DNA from: Acidimicrobiia bacterium
GTDB taxonomy: Bacteria; Actinomycetota; Acidimicrobiia; Spongiisociales; JAENVV01
Direction: 5' to 3'
DNA length: 35,209 nt
Assembly: GCA_041577335.1 (NCBI GenBank)
Contig: JBFGJH010000033.1
Location: forward strand, 1 to 35,209
Part shown: piece after piece, positions 10,171-19,258 of the stretch
Position numbering within the stretch: the first letter of the stretch is position 1
Layout of the letters: each line of letters begins with the position of its first letter
Position numbers and translations under genes: made by a program
The notes under the pieces: generated by a model
The model's input: only the letters and a program-made list of their open reading frames with translations
Told to the model about the DNA's origin: nothing
The model's database searches: none

Positions 10171-11376
10171 ATGAGCTCAGATGTCACCCGCGCCGATTTC
10201 GATACCTACATGATGCCGAATTACGCCCCGGCGCCGATGGTCATGACCCGCGGGGCGGGCTCGAAGGTCTGGGACCAAGAAGGCCTCGAGTACATCGACT
10301 TCGCCGGAGGGATCGCTGTCAATGCGCTCGGTCATGCCAACCCGGATCTCGTCGACGCCCTCATCGATCAAGCGGGCCGGATCTGGCATGTGTCCAATGC
10401 CTATGCCAACGAGCCGGCCATCCGGCTGGCCCGCAGCCTGGTGACGGCGACCTTCGCCGACAAGGTGTTCTTCTCCAACAGCGGCGGGGAAGCGAACGAG
10501 GCTGCTTTGAAGCTGGCGCGCCGCTATGCGTCCGATCATCACGGACCGGGCAAGGACGAAATCATTTCCTTCCGAATGGGCTTTCACGGGCGAACGTTCT
10601 TCACAGTCTCGGTGGGGGGCCAGACCAAGTACTCGGACGGCTTCGGACCAAAGCCGGCGTCGATCACCCATGTCCCTTTCAACGACATCGACGCATTCGG
10701 CGACGCAATGTCTGATCGCGTCTGCGCCGTCATGATCGAGCCAATCCAGGGGGAGGGCGGCTTGATTGCCGCCGAGCCGGCGTTCCTCCAGAGGTTGCGA
10801 GCGTTGTGCGATGCCCACGAAGCGTTGTTGATCTTCGACGAAGTGCAATCCGGCATGGGCCGGACGGGCAAGCTCTACGCCTACATGGACTACGACGTTG
10901 TCCCCGACGTTCTCACCACTGCCAAGGCCCTCGGGGGCGGGTTTCCCATTGCAGCAACCTTGACGACCGAACAGATTGCCGCAAGCTTCGTGGTTGGCAC
11001 CCATGGTTCCACCTATGGCGGCAACCCGCTGGCTACCGCAGTTGCGCTGCGCGCGCTCGAGCTCATCAACAACGAGGAGTTCCTCGCTGGAGTGACGGCG
11101 AAGGCCGAGCGCACATTTGACCGGCTCCGCCATATCGCTGCCAACACAGGTGTCTTTGGCGAGATCCGCGGAAAGGGACTGTGGATAGGGTGCGAGATGG
11201 ACGACGGCTCGCCACTCGGATCAGCCGACGTCGTCACTGCTGCTTTGGAGAAGCGACTCCTCGTCCTCAAAGCGGGACCAAGAGTGGTCAGGCTGGCGCC
11301 GGCACTCAACATCCCCGAGGACGACCTGATGGAAGGACTCGATCGTCTCGAGGCGGCCGTGGAATCTCTCGGATGA
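10171..11376 (+). CDS. astC: Acetyl/succinylornithine aminotransferase (class III PLP)
   Basis: YIDFAGGIAVNALGH, NSGGEANEAALKLAR, FHGRT, DEVQSGMGRTG, TAKALGGGFP (PLP Lys), HGSTYGGNPL. Divergent from the ast operon; could also act as ArgD. Confidence 0.9.
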   Translation: MSSDVTRADFDTYMMPNYAPAPMVMTRGAGSKVWDQEGLEYIDFAGGIAVNALGHANPDLVDALIDQAGRIWHVSNAYANEPAIRLARSLVTATFADKVFFSNSGGEANEAALKLARRYASDHHGPGKDEIISFRMGFHGRTFFTVSVGGQTKYSDGFGPKPASITHVPFNDIDAFGDAMSDRVCAVMIEPIQGEGGLIAAEPAFLQRLRALCDAHEALLIFDEVQSGMGRTGKLYAYMDYDVVPDVLTTAKALGGGFPIAATLTTEQIAASFVVGTHGSTYGGNPLATAVALRALELINNEEFLAGVTAKAERTFDRLRHIAANTGVFGEIRGKGLWIGCEMDDGSPLGSADVVTAALEKRLLVLKAGPRVVRLAPALNIPEDDLMEGLDRLEAAVESLG

Positions 11377-11425
11377 TTGCGACGCCACCACATCAGGTGG
11401 TCGGGGAACCTGGTAGATTTCCGCC

Positions 11426-13693
11426 ATGAATAGGGTGGGAGTTAGCGGTTCCTTGCTGGTAGCCGCATTGATGTTGACGACCGCTCTGCCCGTGGGAGCG
11501 CAGGCTGGGCCGACCTGGCAGGACGTGCCAGATCCGGGCCAGAAGCGCATCGAGCCTGAGGCCACGTCCACTTCCCCGCCGACCGCCCTCTTCGTTGGCG
11601 AATTCACGCTCCCGGGGATCGGCGGAGAGTTCATCGACGTCGTGGACATCGACAACGACGGTGACAACGACCTGGTAACGGCTGACGGGTTCGGAGCAGG
11701 CACCGACGTCCGCGTGTATACCGGCAACAACGGTGACTACACCCTGTCCGACACCACCAACTTCGCCGACGGCACCGGCGCCGGGCTCACCCTCGTCGGC
11801 AAGTTGAATGGAGATTCCCTACCGGACGTTGTGGTGATCACCAGCACGGGTTTCCAGGTGGCCATGCGACAGGCCGGGGGCTACATGGCTGCGACCTCCT
11901 ACACGGGCTCAAAGCCGATCCAGCTGGCCGACATCGATGGCGACGGCGACCTCGACGTGATCGGCAAGAGCCAGTTCTGGCGGAATGACGGCTCCGGAGG
12001 CTTTGGGGCCTTCGAAGGGGTGGTGGCCGGCGTTTGGTACGGCGACGTCGATGGCGACGGGCTGGCAGACGTTATCGACCTCGATCCGGAGGGCTATCCC
12101 AACCAAGAAGTCATGAGCGTCGCATACGGCACCGGTGGCGGCAACCACGATCCCTACGTCGAGGTGTGGGTCTCGTTCGAGGAGGAGCACCCCACCGGCT
12201 TGTTCTTCGGGGATCAAGACAAAGACGGCACCAATGAGATCTACATACCGACCGACCTGGAATGGCGCGAAGGCGACCATTTCTACCGGTTCGTGACGGC
12301 CGAAGACGACGGCGGAGGCTTCGAGTCCTACCGCACCGACATTCCCGATCTGGCCGTGGAGGGTTGGGTGCGAGACCTGGACGGTGACGGGGACCGCGAC
12401 ATTCTCATGGTCAGCGGGAGCACCATCATCGTTCAGCAGGCAGTCACAGGCGGCTTTGAGCAGAACGAGTTTTCCGCCCAGTTCGATACCTTCGCAACCC
12501 CCCGCCTCGCAGACTTCAACGACGATGGTGTCCCCGACATCGTCGACATCCGCACCAACGAAGTCGTGTACGCGCTCGGCGTGGATGCTGCCTCCCCGGG
12601 GACACTGACGGTGGACATCGGCAAGGCCGACATGTGCGTTGATGTGATGCGGAGCGGCGTCGGGACCTATACCGGAGAGAGCGCGGAGACGGGCTCGGCC
12701 GGAACGGTGACATTTGATCTGCCGTCCGGTCATTATGACCTGTTCGTGTGGGACTGTTCGTTCGAGTCGACCGGGGTCATGACTCGCCATCCGTACGCGT
12801 GGCAAACGGTGAAGGACGCGTCCGGAGCGCACACGGGGCCGGGCGTGCTGGTGAATCCGAATGAGACGACCGTCGCCGACGTCCAGCTGGAGCTGGGCGC
12901 GATCTACTCGGGGACGGTCACCGATATCCGATCGGGCGCTGCCATCGCTCGGATCACGGTCGGTACCGACAGCGACGATTTCTCGCCCACCAAGACCGAG
13001 ACACCCGGGACGTGGTCGTGGGTCGGCGTTCCGCAAAAAGACGTCCCTGAATTCGTCATCGAGGACCTGGAGGGGTTCTACTTCGAAGAAACCAAGGTTG
13101 GTCCCACCGCCGAGGTGGGCAAGGTGTATGCAACGGTGGATCAGGCGCTCGATGGGCGCTTGGTCGATGCCCGCGACAACATCTTCGCGCAAGACGTCAT
13201 TTGGATCGCCGACGCCGGCATCACCAAGGGCTGCGAGAGCACCGGCTATCTGTACTGTCCAGGCAACAACATCTCGCGGGGCCAGATGGCTGCGTTCTTG
13301 GTACGAACGCTGGGCCTCACCGTCATCGATCCGACTATCTCATTCGACGACATCGATGGGAACCTCTTCGAAGCAGACATCCTCAAGCTGGCGACGGCCG
13401 GCATCACCGCCGGCTGCAACGCCGATGGCAGCGACTACTGCCCGGGAGATCCGGTCAAACGCGGGCAGATGGCCGCGTTCTTGGTGCGAGCCTTTGAACT
13501 GACCGAATCCGACCCGACGATCTCGTTCACCGACACGAGCAAGAGCATCTTCGAGGCCGACATCATCAAGCTGGCCACCGCGGAAGTCACCTTCGGCTGC
13601 AATGCCGAGCGCACCGAATACTGTCCGGCCAAGGAAGTGACTCGTGGCCAGATGGCAGCCTTCATAAGGAGAGCCGTGGAGGGCTCGACGTAG
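11426..13693 (+). CDS. Secreted FG-GAP/VCBS-repeat protein with C-terminal triple S-layer homology (SLH) domains
   Basis: Signal peptide (AQA); multiple DxDxDGxxD repeats; beta-rich middle; three GIT(K/A)GC...YCP...RGQMAAF-type SLH repeats. Confidence 0.88.
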   Translation: MNRVGVSGSLLVAALMLTTALPVGAQAGPTWQDVPDPGQKRIEPEATSTSPPTALFVGEFTLPGIGGEFIDVVDIDNDGDNDLVTADGFGAGTDVRVYTGNNGDYTLSDTTNFADGTGAGLTLVGKLNGDSLPDVVVITSTGFQVAMRQAGGYMAATSYTGSKPIQLADIDGDGDLDVIGKSQFWRNDGSGGFGAFEGVVAGVWYGDVDGDGLADVIDLDPEGYPNQEVMSVAYGTGGGNHDPYVEVWVSFEEEHPTGLFFGDQDKDGTNEIYIPTDLEWREGDHFYRFVTAEDDGGGFESYRTDIPDLAVEGWVRDLDGDGDRDILMVSGSTIIVQQAVTGGFEQNEFSAQFDTFATPRLADFNDDGVPDIVDIRTNEVVYALGVDAASPGTLTVDIGKADMCVDVMRSGVGTYTGESAETGSAGTVTFDLPSGHYDLFVWDCSFESTGVMTRHPYAWQTVKDASGAHTGPGVLVNPNETTVADVQLELGAIYSGTVTDIRSGAAIARITVGTDSDDFSPTKTETPGTWSWVGVPQKDVPEFVIEDLEGFYFEETKVGPTAEVGKVYATVDQALDGRLVDARDNIFAQDVIWIADAGITKGCESTGYLYCPGNNISRGQMAAFLVRTLGLTVIDPTISFDDIDGNLFEADILKLATAGITAGCNADGSDYCPGDPVKRGQMAAFLVRAFELTESDPTISFTDTSKSIFEADIIKLATAEVTFGCNAERTEYCPAKEVTRGQMAAFIRRAVEGST

Positions 13694-13742
13694 GCCTCCC
13701 GTGCAAGCTGTCGTGGTTCACGCACTCAACTAATCTGCCGCC

Positions 13743-14735
13743 ATGGTGTTCGCCGCGGAAGAATCCGCAACCAAGAATTTCGTCGATATCACCGTCCCCA
13801 CATGGGGTTGGGTGGGGCTTGGCGTCATCATCATGGTCATGCTCGCCATCGACCTCCTGCGGCACCGCGATGACCACGAGCCGACATTTCGCGAGGCGGC
13901 ATTCGAGTCGGGAGTCTGGGTCGCCACCGGTATTGCGTTCGGGGGAGTGGTTGCGTTCGCCTTCGGCGCCGCGGCTTTCGGTGAGTACATCTCGGGCTAT
14001 CTCATCGAGAAGTCGCTCAGCGTCGACAATGTGTTCGTTTGGTCGTTGCTCTTCACAACACTGGCGATCCCGCTCAAGTATCAGCACCGCGTCTTGTTCT
14101 GGGGCATCTTCGGTGCGCTGGCTCTGCGGGGCATCTTCATAGCGATCGGCACGGCGTTGATCAGCCGCTTCGTGTGGGTCCTGATCGTGTTTGGGCTCTT
14201 CCTGGTTTTCACCGGCTTCCGTATCATCAGACACCGCGACGACGAGGGAGAGAGCGCCGAGACCATTCTGGCGTTTGTGAAGCGGATCCTGCCGGTGTCC
14301 CACGAGTACGACGGCAACCGCTTCATCACCCGCATCGACGGCGTTCGTGCCGCCACTCCGCTATTGGCGGCACTGGTCGTGGTCGAGCTCACCGACGTCG
14401 TGTTTGCCGTCGATTCGGTGCCGGCCATCCTGGCCGTCTCTCAGGAGCCGTTCTTGGTCTTCGCCTCGAACGCCTTCGCAATCCTCGGACTGCGGGCGAT
14501 GTACTTCCTGCTCGCCAACGCTCGCCAGCGATTCCACTACCTATCCCACGCGCTGGGAGCCATCCTGATCTTCGTCGGCCTGAAGATGACGGCGGTCCCG
14601 TGGTACCACGTCGACACCTACATCTCGTTGGGCGTCATCGTGCTGATCCTTGCGGGAGGGATCTACTTCAGCGAACGGAGAGCCCGCGCCCTCGGGATCG
14701 TGGGTGCATCACACCCAGACGAGAAGGTTCTCTAG
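13743..14735 (+). CDS. TerC/Alx family membrane protein
   Basis: GYLIEKSLSVDNVFV, QHRVLFWGIFGAL, DVVFAVDSVPA, SNAFAILGLRAMYF. Confidence 0.95.
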   Translation: MVFAAEESATKNFVDITVPTWGWVGLGVIIMVMLAIDLLRHRDDHEPTFREAAFESGVWVATGIAFGGVVAFAFGAAAFGEYISGYLIEKSLSVDNVFVWSLLFTTLAIPLKYQHRVLFWGIFGALALRGIFIAIGTALISRFVWVLIVFGLFLVFTGFRIIRHRDDEGESAETILAFVKRILPVSHEYDGNRFITRIDGVRAATPLLAALVVVELTDVVFAVDSVPAILAVSQEPFLVFASNAFAILGLRAMYFLLANARQRFHYLSHALGAILIFVGLKMTAVPWYHVDTYISLGVIVLILAGGIYFSERRARALGIVGASHPDEKVL

Positions 14736-15727
14736 GGGCCGGCGGCTCGCCACGCTGCGAGCTCTCGGCGGAAGGCGCCAACCGTCTCCGAATCGGCGAA
14801 GGACGAGTCGATGGCGGTGTTCTGAAGGTCGGCGAGCTCGTCCAAAGTGAAACCGTGATGGCTTGCGGCGATGGTGAGCTCCTTGGTCAGGGTCGTGTAG
14901 AAGTAGGCGGGATCGTCGGTGTTGATGGTCACCGCCACGCCGGCTTCGACGAGGGCCCGAATCGGGTGGTCAGCGAGCGTCGCCACGACACCGGTGCACA
15001 CATTCGAAGTCATCGATATCTCGAGCGGAATCCGGTGGTCACTCAGATACGCCAGCAGCGCCCGATCCTCCAACGCCCTGATCCCGTGCCCAATGCGTTG
15101 GGCACCGAGGTCGCGAATTGCCGACCGCACGCTGGCGGCGCCTTCTGTTTCTCCCGCGTGGGGGAGCGCGGCCAGCCCGGCCGAAGTGACCCGTGCGAAC
15201 GATCGCTGGAACGCGGCGGCCGGCCAGCCCGGTTCGGGCCCGCCCAGCCCGATTCCGACAACACCGACCGGCGCCAGCGGTCCGAGGATGTAGTCGGCGG
15301 TGAAGCCATCGGCAGGCGGCTCGAGCTCACGGGGTATGTCGAGAATCCAGCCGATCCCAACGCCGAGCTGCGCGGCTCGTTTCCGACCTTCGTTGAGCCC
15401 CTCGCGGTATTCCGCCATTGCCATCCCACGCCGATGATGGTTGAACGGTGTCGAGGTCACCTCGGCGTACCGGACATTCTGTTCGGCGAGCTCCGCAGCG
15501 AGGTCTTCCGTTATCTCTGCGAAATCTTCCGAATCTCTCAGAAGCTCGAGCCCGGCAAGGAAGGCGCGCAGGAACCCGTCAAAACCAGTGAACTCGGGCT
15601 CGGTCGACTCCGGCAACGAGGCGCCGTGGCGCTCAGCAAGGCGTTGCGCAGTCCCCGGCCGGATGGAACCCTCGAGGTGCAGGTGCTGCTCAACCTTGGG
15701 CATTGTCGCAATGTGGTCTTCTGTCAT
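14732..15727 (-). CDS. add: Adenosine/adenine deaminase
   Basis: PKVEQHLHLEGS, YAEV, HAGE, RIGHG, TINTDDP metal-binding motifs. Confidence 0.92.
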   Translation of the reverse strand: MTEDHIATMPKVEQHLHLEGSIRPGTAQRLAERHGASLPESTEPEFTGFDGFLRAFLAGLELLRDSEDFAEITEDLAAELAEQNVRYAEVTSTPFNHHRRGMAMAEYREGLNEGRKRAAQLGVGIGWILDIPRELEPPADGFTADYILGPLAPVGVVGIGLGGPEPGWPAAAFQRSFARVTSAGLAALPHAGETEGAASVRSAIRDLGAQRIGHGIRALEDRALLAYLSDHRIPLEISMTSNVCTGVVATLADHPIRALVEAGVAVTINTDDPAYFYTTLTKELTIAASHHGFTLDELADLQNTAIDSSFADSETVGAFRRELAAWRAAGP

Positions 15728-15838
15728 GCCGCGACTCGGTCCCGGAGAATCCGGCCGCATGCCGCCCAAATCGGGCCATCGGGCCCTATGTCACGAGATG
15801 TGCACGCCATACGGTCACATCGTAAAGGAGGTGGACCA

Positions 15839-16243
15839 ATGCTGGACACCAGTGAATCCCAGCAGACGGGTACGCCCTTCCTCCGGCGGAGCAAATCCGA
15901 TCGAATCGTCGGAGGCGTGTGTGGCGGCTTGGGCCGCTATTTCGGCATCGACCCTGTCTGGTTGCGGATCGCATTCGTTGCCCTCGTTGTTGGCGGCGGG
16001 TCGGGGATCATCCTGTACATCGTCGCCTGGATCCTGATACCCGAAGAAGATGAGGACGCGCCGGTTGCCCAACGTCCTCCCACAGACCGCACCACGGCCG
16101 GTGTCATCATTGGCACGATCTTCATCGTGTTTGGGGCAGTCGCCCTGACCAACCGATTCGTGCCCTGGTTCGACGATTTCGTCTGGCCTGCCGTTGTCAT
16201 CGCCATCGGGTTGGGACTTGTCGTAGGAGCGTTGAAACGATGA
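15839..16243 (+). CDS. pspC: PspC domain-containing membrane protein
   Basis: LRRSKSDRIVGGVCGGLGRYFGIDPVWLRIAFV...LYIVAWILIPEE; strong SD AAAGGAGGT before ATG 15839; two extra C-terminal TM helices. Confidence 0.92.
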   Translation: MLDTSESQQTGTPFLRRSKSDRIVGGVCGGLGRYFGIDPVWLRIAFVALVVGGGSGIILYIVAWILIPEEDEDAPVAQRPPTDRTTAGVIIGTIFIVFGAVALTNRFVPWFDDFVWPAVVIAIGLGLVVGALKR

Positions 16244-16908
16244 CTGACCGAATCGAAACCCAAGAAAACATGCCGGAGCTTCCGGCAGCGGCACCACCAA
16301 CACCCAGGCACCGCCATGGTTCGCTCGGCACAGCCACATTTGGTTTGGTGCTGGTCGCGATTGGACTGTTCTGGTTGCTCGATCGGCTCGATGTAGTGAG
16401 CGTCGATGGGGCCGTCGTGCTGCCTCTCATTCTCACCGCGGTTGGTGTGGCCCTGCTGATCGGTTCGTTCGACGGTGAACATGCCGGTCTGGTCGTTCTC
16501 GGCGTCTTCTTGTCGGTTGGCGTCCTGATCGCGTCAACGACCCCGTTAGCCTTTCTGACGAACGGAGTCGGCGAGAGGGTGTACACACCGACGTCCGAAG
16601 CCGCACTCGGCGACGCATTCCAACTCGGCATAGGTGAGCTTCGGCTCGACTTGAGCGGGCTGGCCGTGATCGACGAGGCAGTGGTTGTCGGCGAATTGGG
16701 TATCGGGGAGCTCCGAGTGGTGGTTCCCGAAGGCGTGGCTGTTGACATCACCAGCGAGGTAGGCGCCGGCGAGATCAATCTCTTTGGAGCAACCCGATCC
16801 GGAACGGGCGTCTCCGACACGTTTCGCTCGGCGAATTTCGACTCCGCATCCCAGCGCCTGGTCCTTGAGCTCGACGTCGCCATCGGTACAATCGAGGTAA
16901 CAAGATGA
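16240..16908 (+). CDS. LiaF/DUF2154-like membrane protein (N-terminal TMs plus C-terminal beta-solenoid)
   Basis: Three TM helices then LGIGELRLDL...LGIGELRVVVP...VGAGEI...VAIGTIEV repeats; ATGA-coupled to pspC. Confidence 0.82.
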   Translation: MTDRIETQENMPELPAAAPPTPRHRHGSLGTATFGLVLVAIGLFWLLDRLDVVSVDGAVVLPLILTAVGVALLIGSFDGEHAGLVVLGVFLSVGVLIASTTPLAFLTNGVGERVYTPTSEAALGDAFQLGIGELRLDLSGLAVIDEAVVVGELGIGELRVVVPEGVAVDITSEVGAGEINLFGATRSGTGVSDTFRSANFDSASQRLVLELDVAIGTIEVTR

Positions 16909-17105
16909 AACGAGACTTCCATCCAGGAACGTTCACCGCGGGTGCCATTTTCGTGGTGTTCGGCATCGCATTCACGCTCGAAGGTCTGGAGGTTTGGACT
17001 CTGCGATTGCGCGATCTGGATGTGCTGTTCCCGGTAGCCGTCTTGGCCATTGGGATCGCCATTCTGTTCGCAGCTATGTGGGCCCGGCCTCGTAGGAACA
17101 TGTGA
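16905..17105 (+). CDS. Small two-TM membrane protein of the Psp/Lia-like module
   Basis: 66 aa, two hydrophobic helices, basic tail; ATGA overlap with the upstream gene. Confidence 0.75.
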   Translation: MKRDFHPGTFTAGAIFVVFGIAFTLEGLEVWTLRLRDLDVLFPVAVLAIGIAILFAAMWARPRRNM

Positions 17106-17149
17106 CCCAACAACCGAAATACCCGAATCCGTAAGAGGAGGCCCTTCCC

Positions 17150-19102
17150 ATGCCGGCCTTGGGAGCACTGATCGGAGTCTCGCTGGCTCTGGCGGTCGCT
17201 TTGTCGGTATGGGCGCGCCGCCGGTTGGACACGCCTCGAAGCGTCGCTGCTGAGCGATCTCAGACAATGGCAGTATCCGATAGGCACGTCTTCTGGCGTT
17301 TCTCGCGGCCCTACCGCGGGCCACTCCTGGTGGCAGTTGTACTGACTCTCGCGCTCGTCGTCATCGACCTCGCGCTGCCGTGGCCGCTGGCAATCGTGAT
17401 CGATCACGCCATCGGAGGAGCGGCTCTCCCGGGACCGCTCAGCGCACTCGAGAACCTCACACCGTCCGCCCTCGTCGCTTTGGCGGCTATCAGCACTGTT
17501 GCCCTCACTGCTCTCAGCGGCCTCACGATGTACATGGTCACCTACCTCAACGGTGGGGTCCAGGCCCGCATCGGGGCAGACCTGCGGTCCGAGGTGTTCG
17601 CCCGCATGCAAGACGCCTCCTTACGCTTTCACGACCGAATCCGCACCGGTGACCTGCTCGCCCGCCTGAGCATCGATGTCTCATTCGTCGAAGACATGCT
17701 GGTGGCGTGGTTCGAAACAGCCCTCCCCGAAGTCCTCACCCTGTTGGGCGTGTTCACAGTGATGGTCATCATCGACCCGACGCTTGCGCTGACGGCGCTC
17801 GTCGTGCTTCCCTTGTTGGTGTGGTGGGCGCGGTGGGCTCACGGGGCTGTCCGCTCTGCTGAAATGCGAGCTCGTTCATCGACCGGATCGATGCTCGATA
17901 CGGCGGGAGATTCCTTGCGCCACGTGCGCGCCATCCAGGTGTTCTCTCGCCAACAGCAAGCGATCGAGACGTTCATCGCCGAGAGTGACGAGGCTGCCGA
18001 TTCTCAGATGGCAGCAGTGGAGCGGTCGGCGAGGCTCGCCCCGTTCGCGGACGTTGTGCTGGCAGCCGGAGGCGCAGCGGTTCTCTTCGTGGGCGCGCAG
18101 CGTGTCCTCACCGGAAACCTCACCGTGGGCATCCTCGTCGTTTTGCTCACTTACATTGCCCAGCTGTACGGCCCAATCGAGAGCCTCTCGCTGCTGGTGA
18201 TGACCATGGCGCGGGGGGCGGCCAGCAGGGATCGACTGGTCGAGTTGTTGGATGCGGAGAGGGCGGTCACGGATCCTGTGGAACCGGACGAGGCGCCTTC
18301 GGGGCCGGTCACGCTGTGCGTCCGCAATGTCAGATTCTCGTACGGAGACGCCCAAGCCGCCCTCCAGCGATTCTCTTTCACCGCCCGACCCGGTGAAGTG
18401 GTTTCGATCGTTGGCTCAACAGGCGCAGGCAAGTCGAGTCTCCTGTCGCTGCTGGTGCGCCTCTACGACCCGGACTCCGGGGCCATCATGCTCAACGGGG
18501 TTGATGTGAGACGCCTGACCGTCCGTGCGGTGCGGGACCGCATCGCTTTCGTGCCGCAGGACATGTGGATTCTGGACGGCACCATTGCCGAAAACATCGC
18601 GTTCGGACGACCCGATGCAACCGACGAAGAGGTGGCCCGGGCAGGACGCGCTGCGCTCGTGAACGAATTCGTGGACGACCTACCCGACGGTTACGACTCG
18701 GTAGTGGGGGAGGAGGGGATTGGACTTTCCGGTGGTCAGCGACGTCGTGTCGCTCTCGCACGGGCGTTGATTCGCGAAGCGCCGGTGGTGATCCTCGATG
18801 AACCCACCTCGGGATTGGACGCAGACGCCGCCGCCCAAGTGTGGGGTTCGATCGAGGCTCTTCGCGATACCCGAACGGTGCTCATCGTCACGCACGACCT
18901 GCAGCTCGCCAGTCGCGGAGATCGCATCTATGTCATGGAATCTGGCCGCAACGTCGAGTCGGGCTCGCACAGGGTCCTCCTCAAGAAGAACAAACGATAT
19001 GCCGGCCTGTGGCGGAGTCAGGGACCCGCCCTCGTCGGTACTGGGGGCCATGGCGCCGCTGACGCGGTGTCGCCACCCAGCCGAGGCGAAGAAGGGAGGT
19101 GA
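17150..19102 (+). CDS. ABC exporter, fused TMD-NBD (MsbA/MdlB-like), no C39 peptidase domain
   Basis: TMD (LALPWPLAIVIDH, TGDLLARL), Walker A GSTGAGKS, signature LSGGQRRR, ILDEPTSGLD, VTHDL; SD GAGGAGG. Confidence 0.94.
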   Translation: MPALGALIGVSLALAVALSVWARRRLDTPRSVAAERSQTMAVSDRHVFWRFSRPYRGPLLVAVVLTLALVVIDLALPWPLAIVIDHAIGGAALPGPLSALENLTPSALVALAAISTVALTALSGLTMYMVTYLNGGVQARIGADLRSEVFARMQDASLRFHDRIRTGDLLARLSIDVSFVEDMLVAWFETALPEVLTLLGVFTVMVIIDPTLALTALVVLPLLVWWARWAHGAVRSAEMRARSSTGSMLDTAGDSLRHVRAIQVFSRQQQAIETFIAESDEAADSQMAAVERSARLAPFADVVLAAGGAAVLFVGAQRVLTGNLTVGILVVLLTYIAQLYGPIESLSLLVMTMARGAASRDRLVELLDAERAVTDPVEPDEAPSGPVTLCVRNVRFSYGDAQAALQRFSFTARPGEVVSIVGSTGAGKSSLLSLLVRLYDPDSGAIMLNGVDVRRLTVRAVRDRIAFVPQDMWILDGTIAENIAFGRPDATDEEVARAGRAALVNEFVDDLPDGYDSVVGEEGIGLSGGQRRRVALARALIREAPVVILDEPTSGLDADAAAQVWGSIEALRDTRTVLIVTHDLQLASRGDRIYVMESGRNVESGSHRVLLKKNKRYAGLWRSQGPALVGTGGHGAADAVSPPSRGEEGR

Positions 19103-19107
19103 ACACG

Positions 19108-19194
19108 ATGCGTCGCTGCCGCTGCCGTTGCCATGGTAGGCCCCGCTGCTACTACCGGTACTACGGGCATCATCGGCATTGTCACCATCGATAG
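19108..19194 (+). CDS. 28-aa Arg/Cys/His/Tyr-rich peptide MRRCRCRCHGRPRCYYRYYGHHRHCHHR
   Basis: Read directly from the sequence. The perfect SD GGAGGTGA contains the ABC exporter stop codon and lies 5 nt before ATG 19108; TAG at 19192-19194; GC hairpin 21 nt later. Below the size cutoff of the ORF track. Confidence 0.7.
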   Translation: MRRCRCRCHGRPRCYYRYYGHHRHCHHR

Positions 19195-19215
19195 AGAAAC
19201 CCACTAGTCAGACGC

Positions 19216-19241
19216 GACCGCGGCCCGAATGAGCCGCGGTC
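19216..19241. terminator. Hairpin between convergent genes (probable bidirectional terminator)
   Basis: GACCGCGGC-N8-GCCGCGGTC, perfect 9-bp stem, no U-tract. Confidence 0.65.
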
Positions 19242-19258
19242 CCGTCGCGAGGAGGCGA

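Noticed and set aside
13694..13742. Expected yybP-ykoY (Mn) riboswitch upstream of terC/alx
   Set aside because: The gap is only 49 bp and a -10 (TAATCT) lies 6 nt before the ATG, leaving no room for a leader.
14039..16243. 734-aa ORF apparently fusing a long N-terminus to PspC
   Set aside because: The first 600 codons are an off-frame shadow of terC and the antisense of add. PspC has its own strong SD and ATG at 15839.
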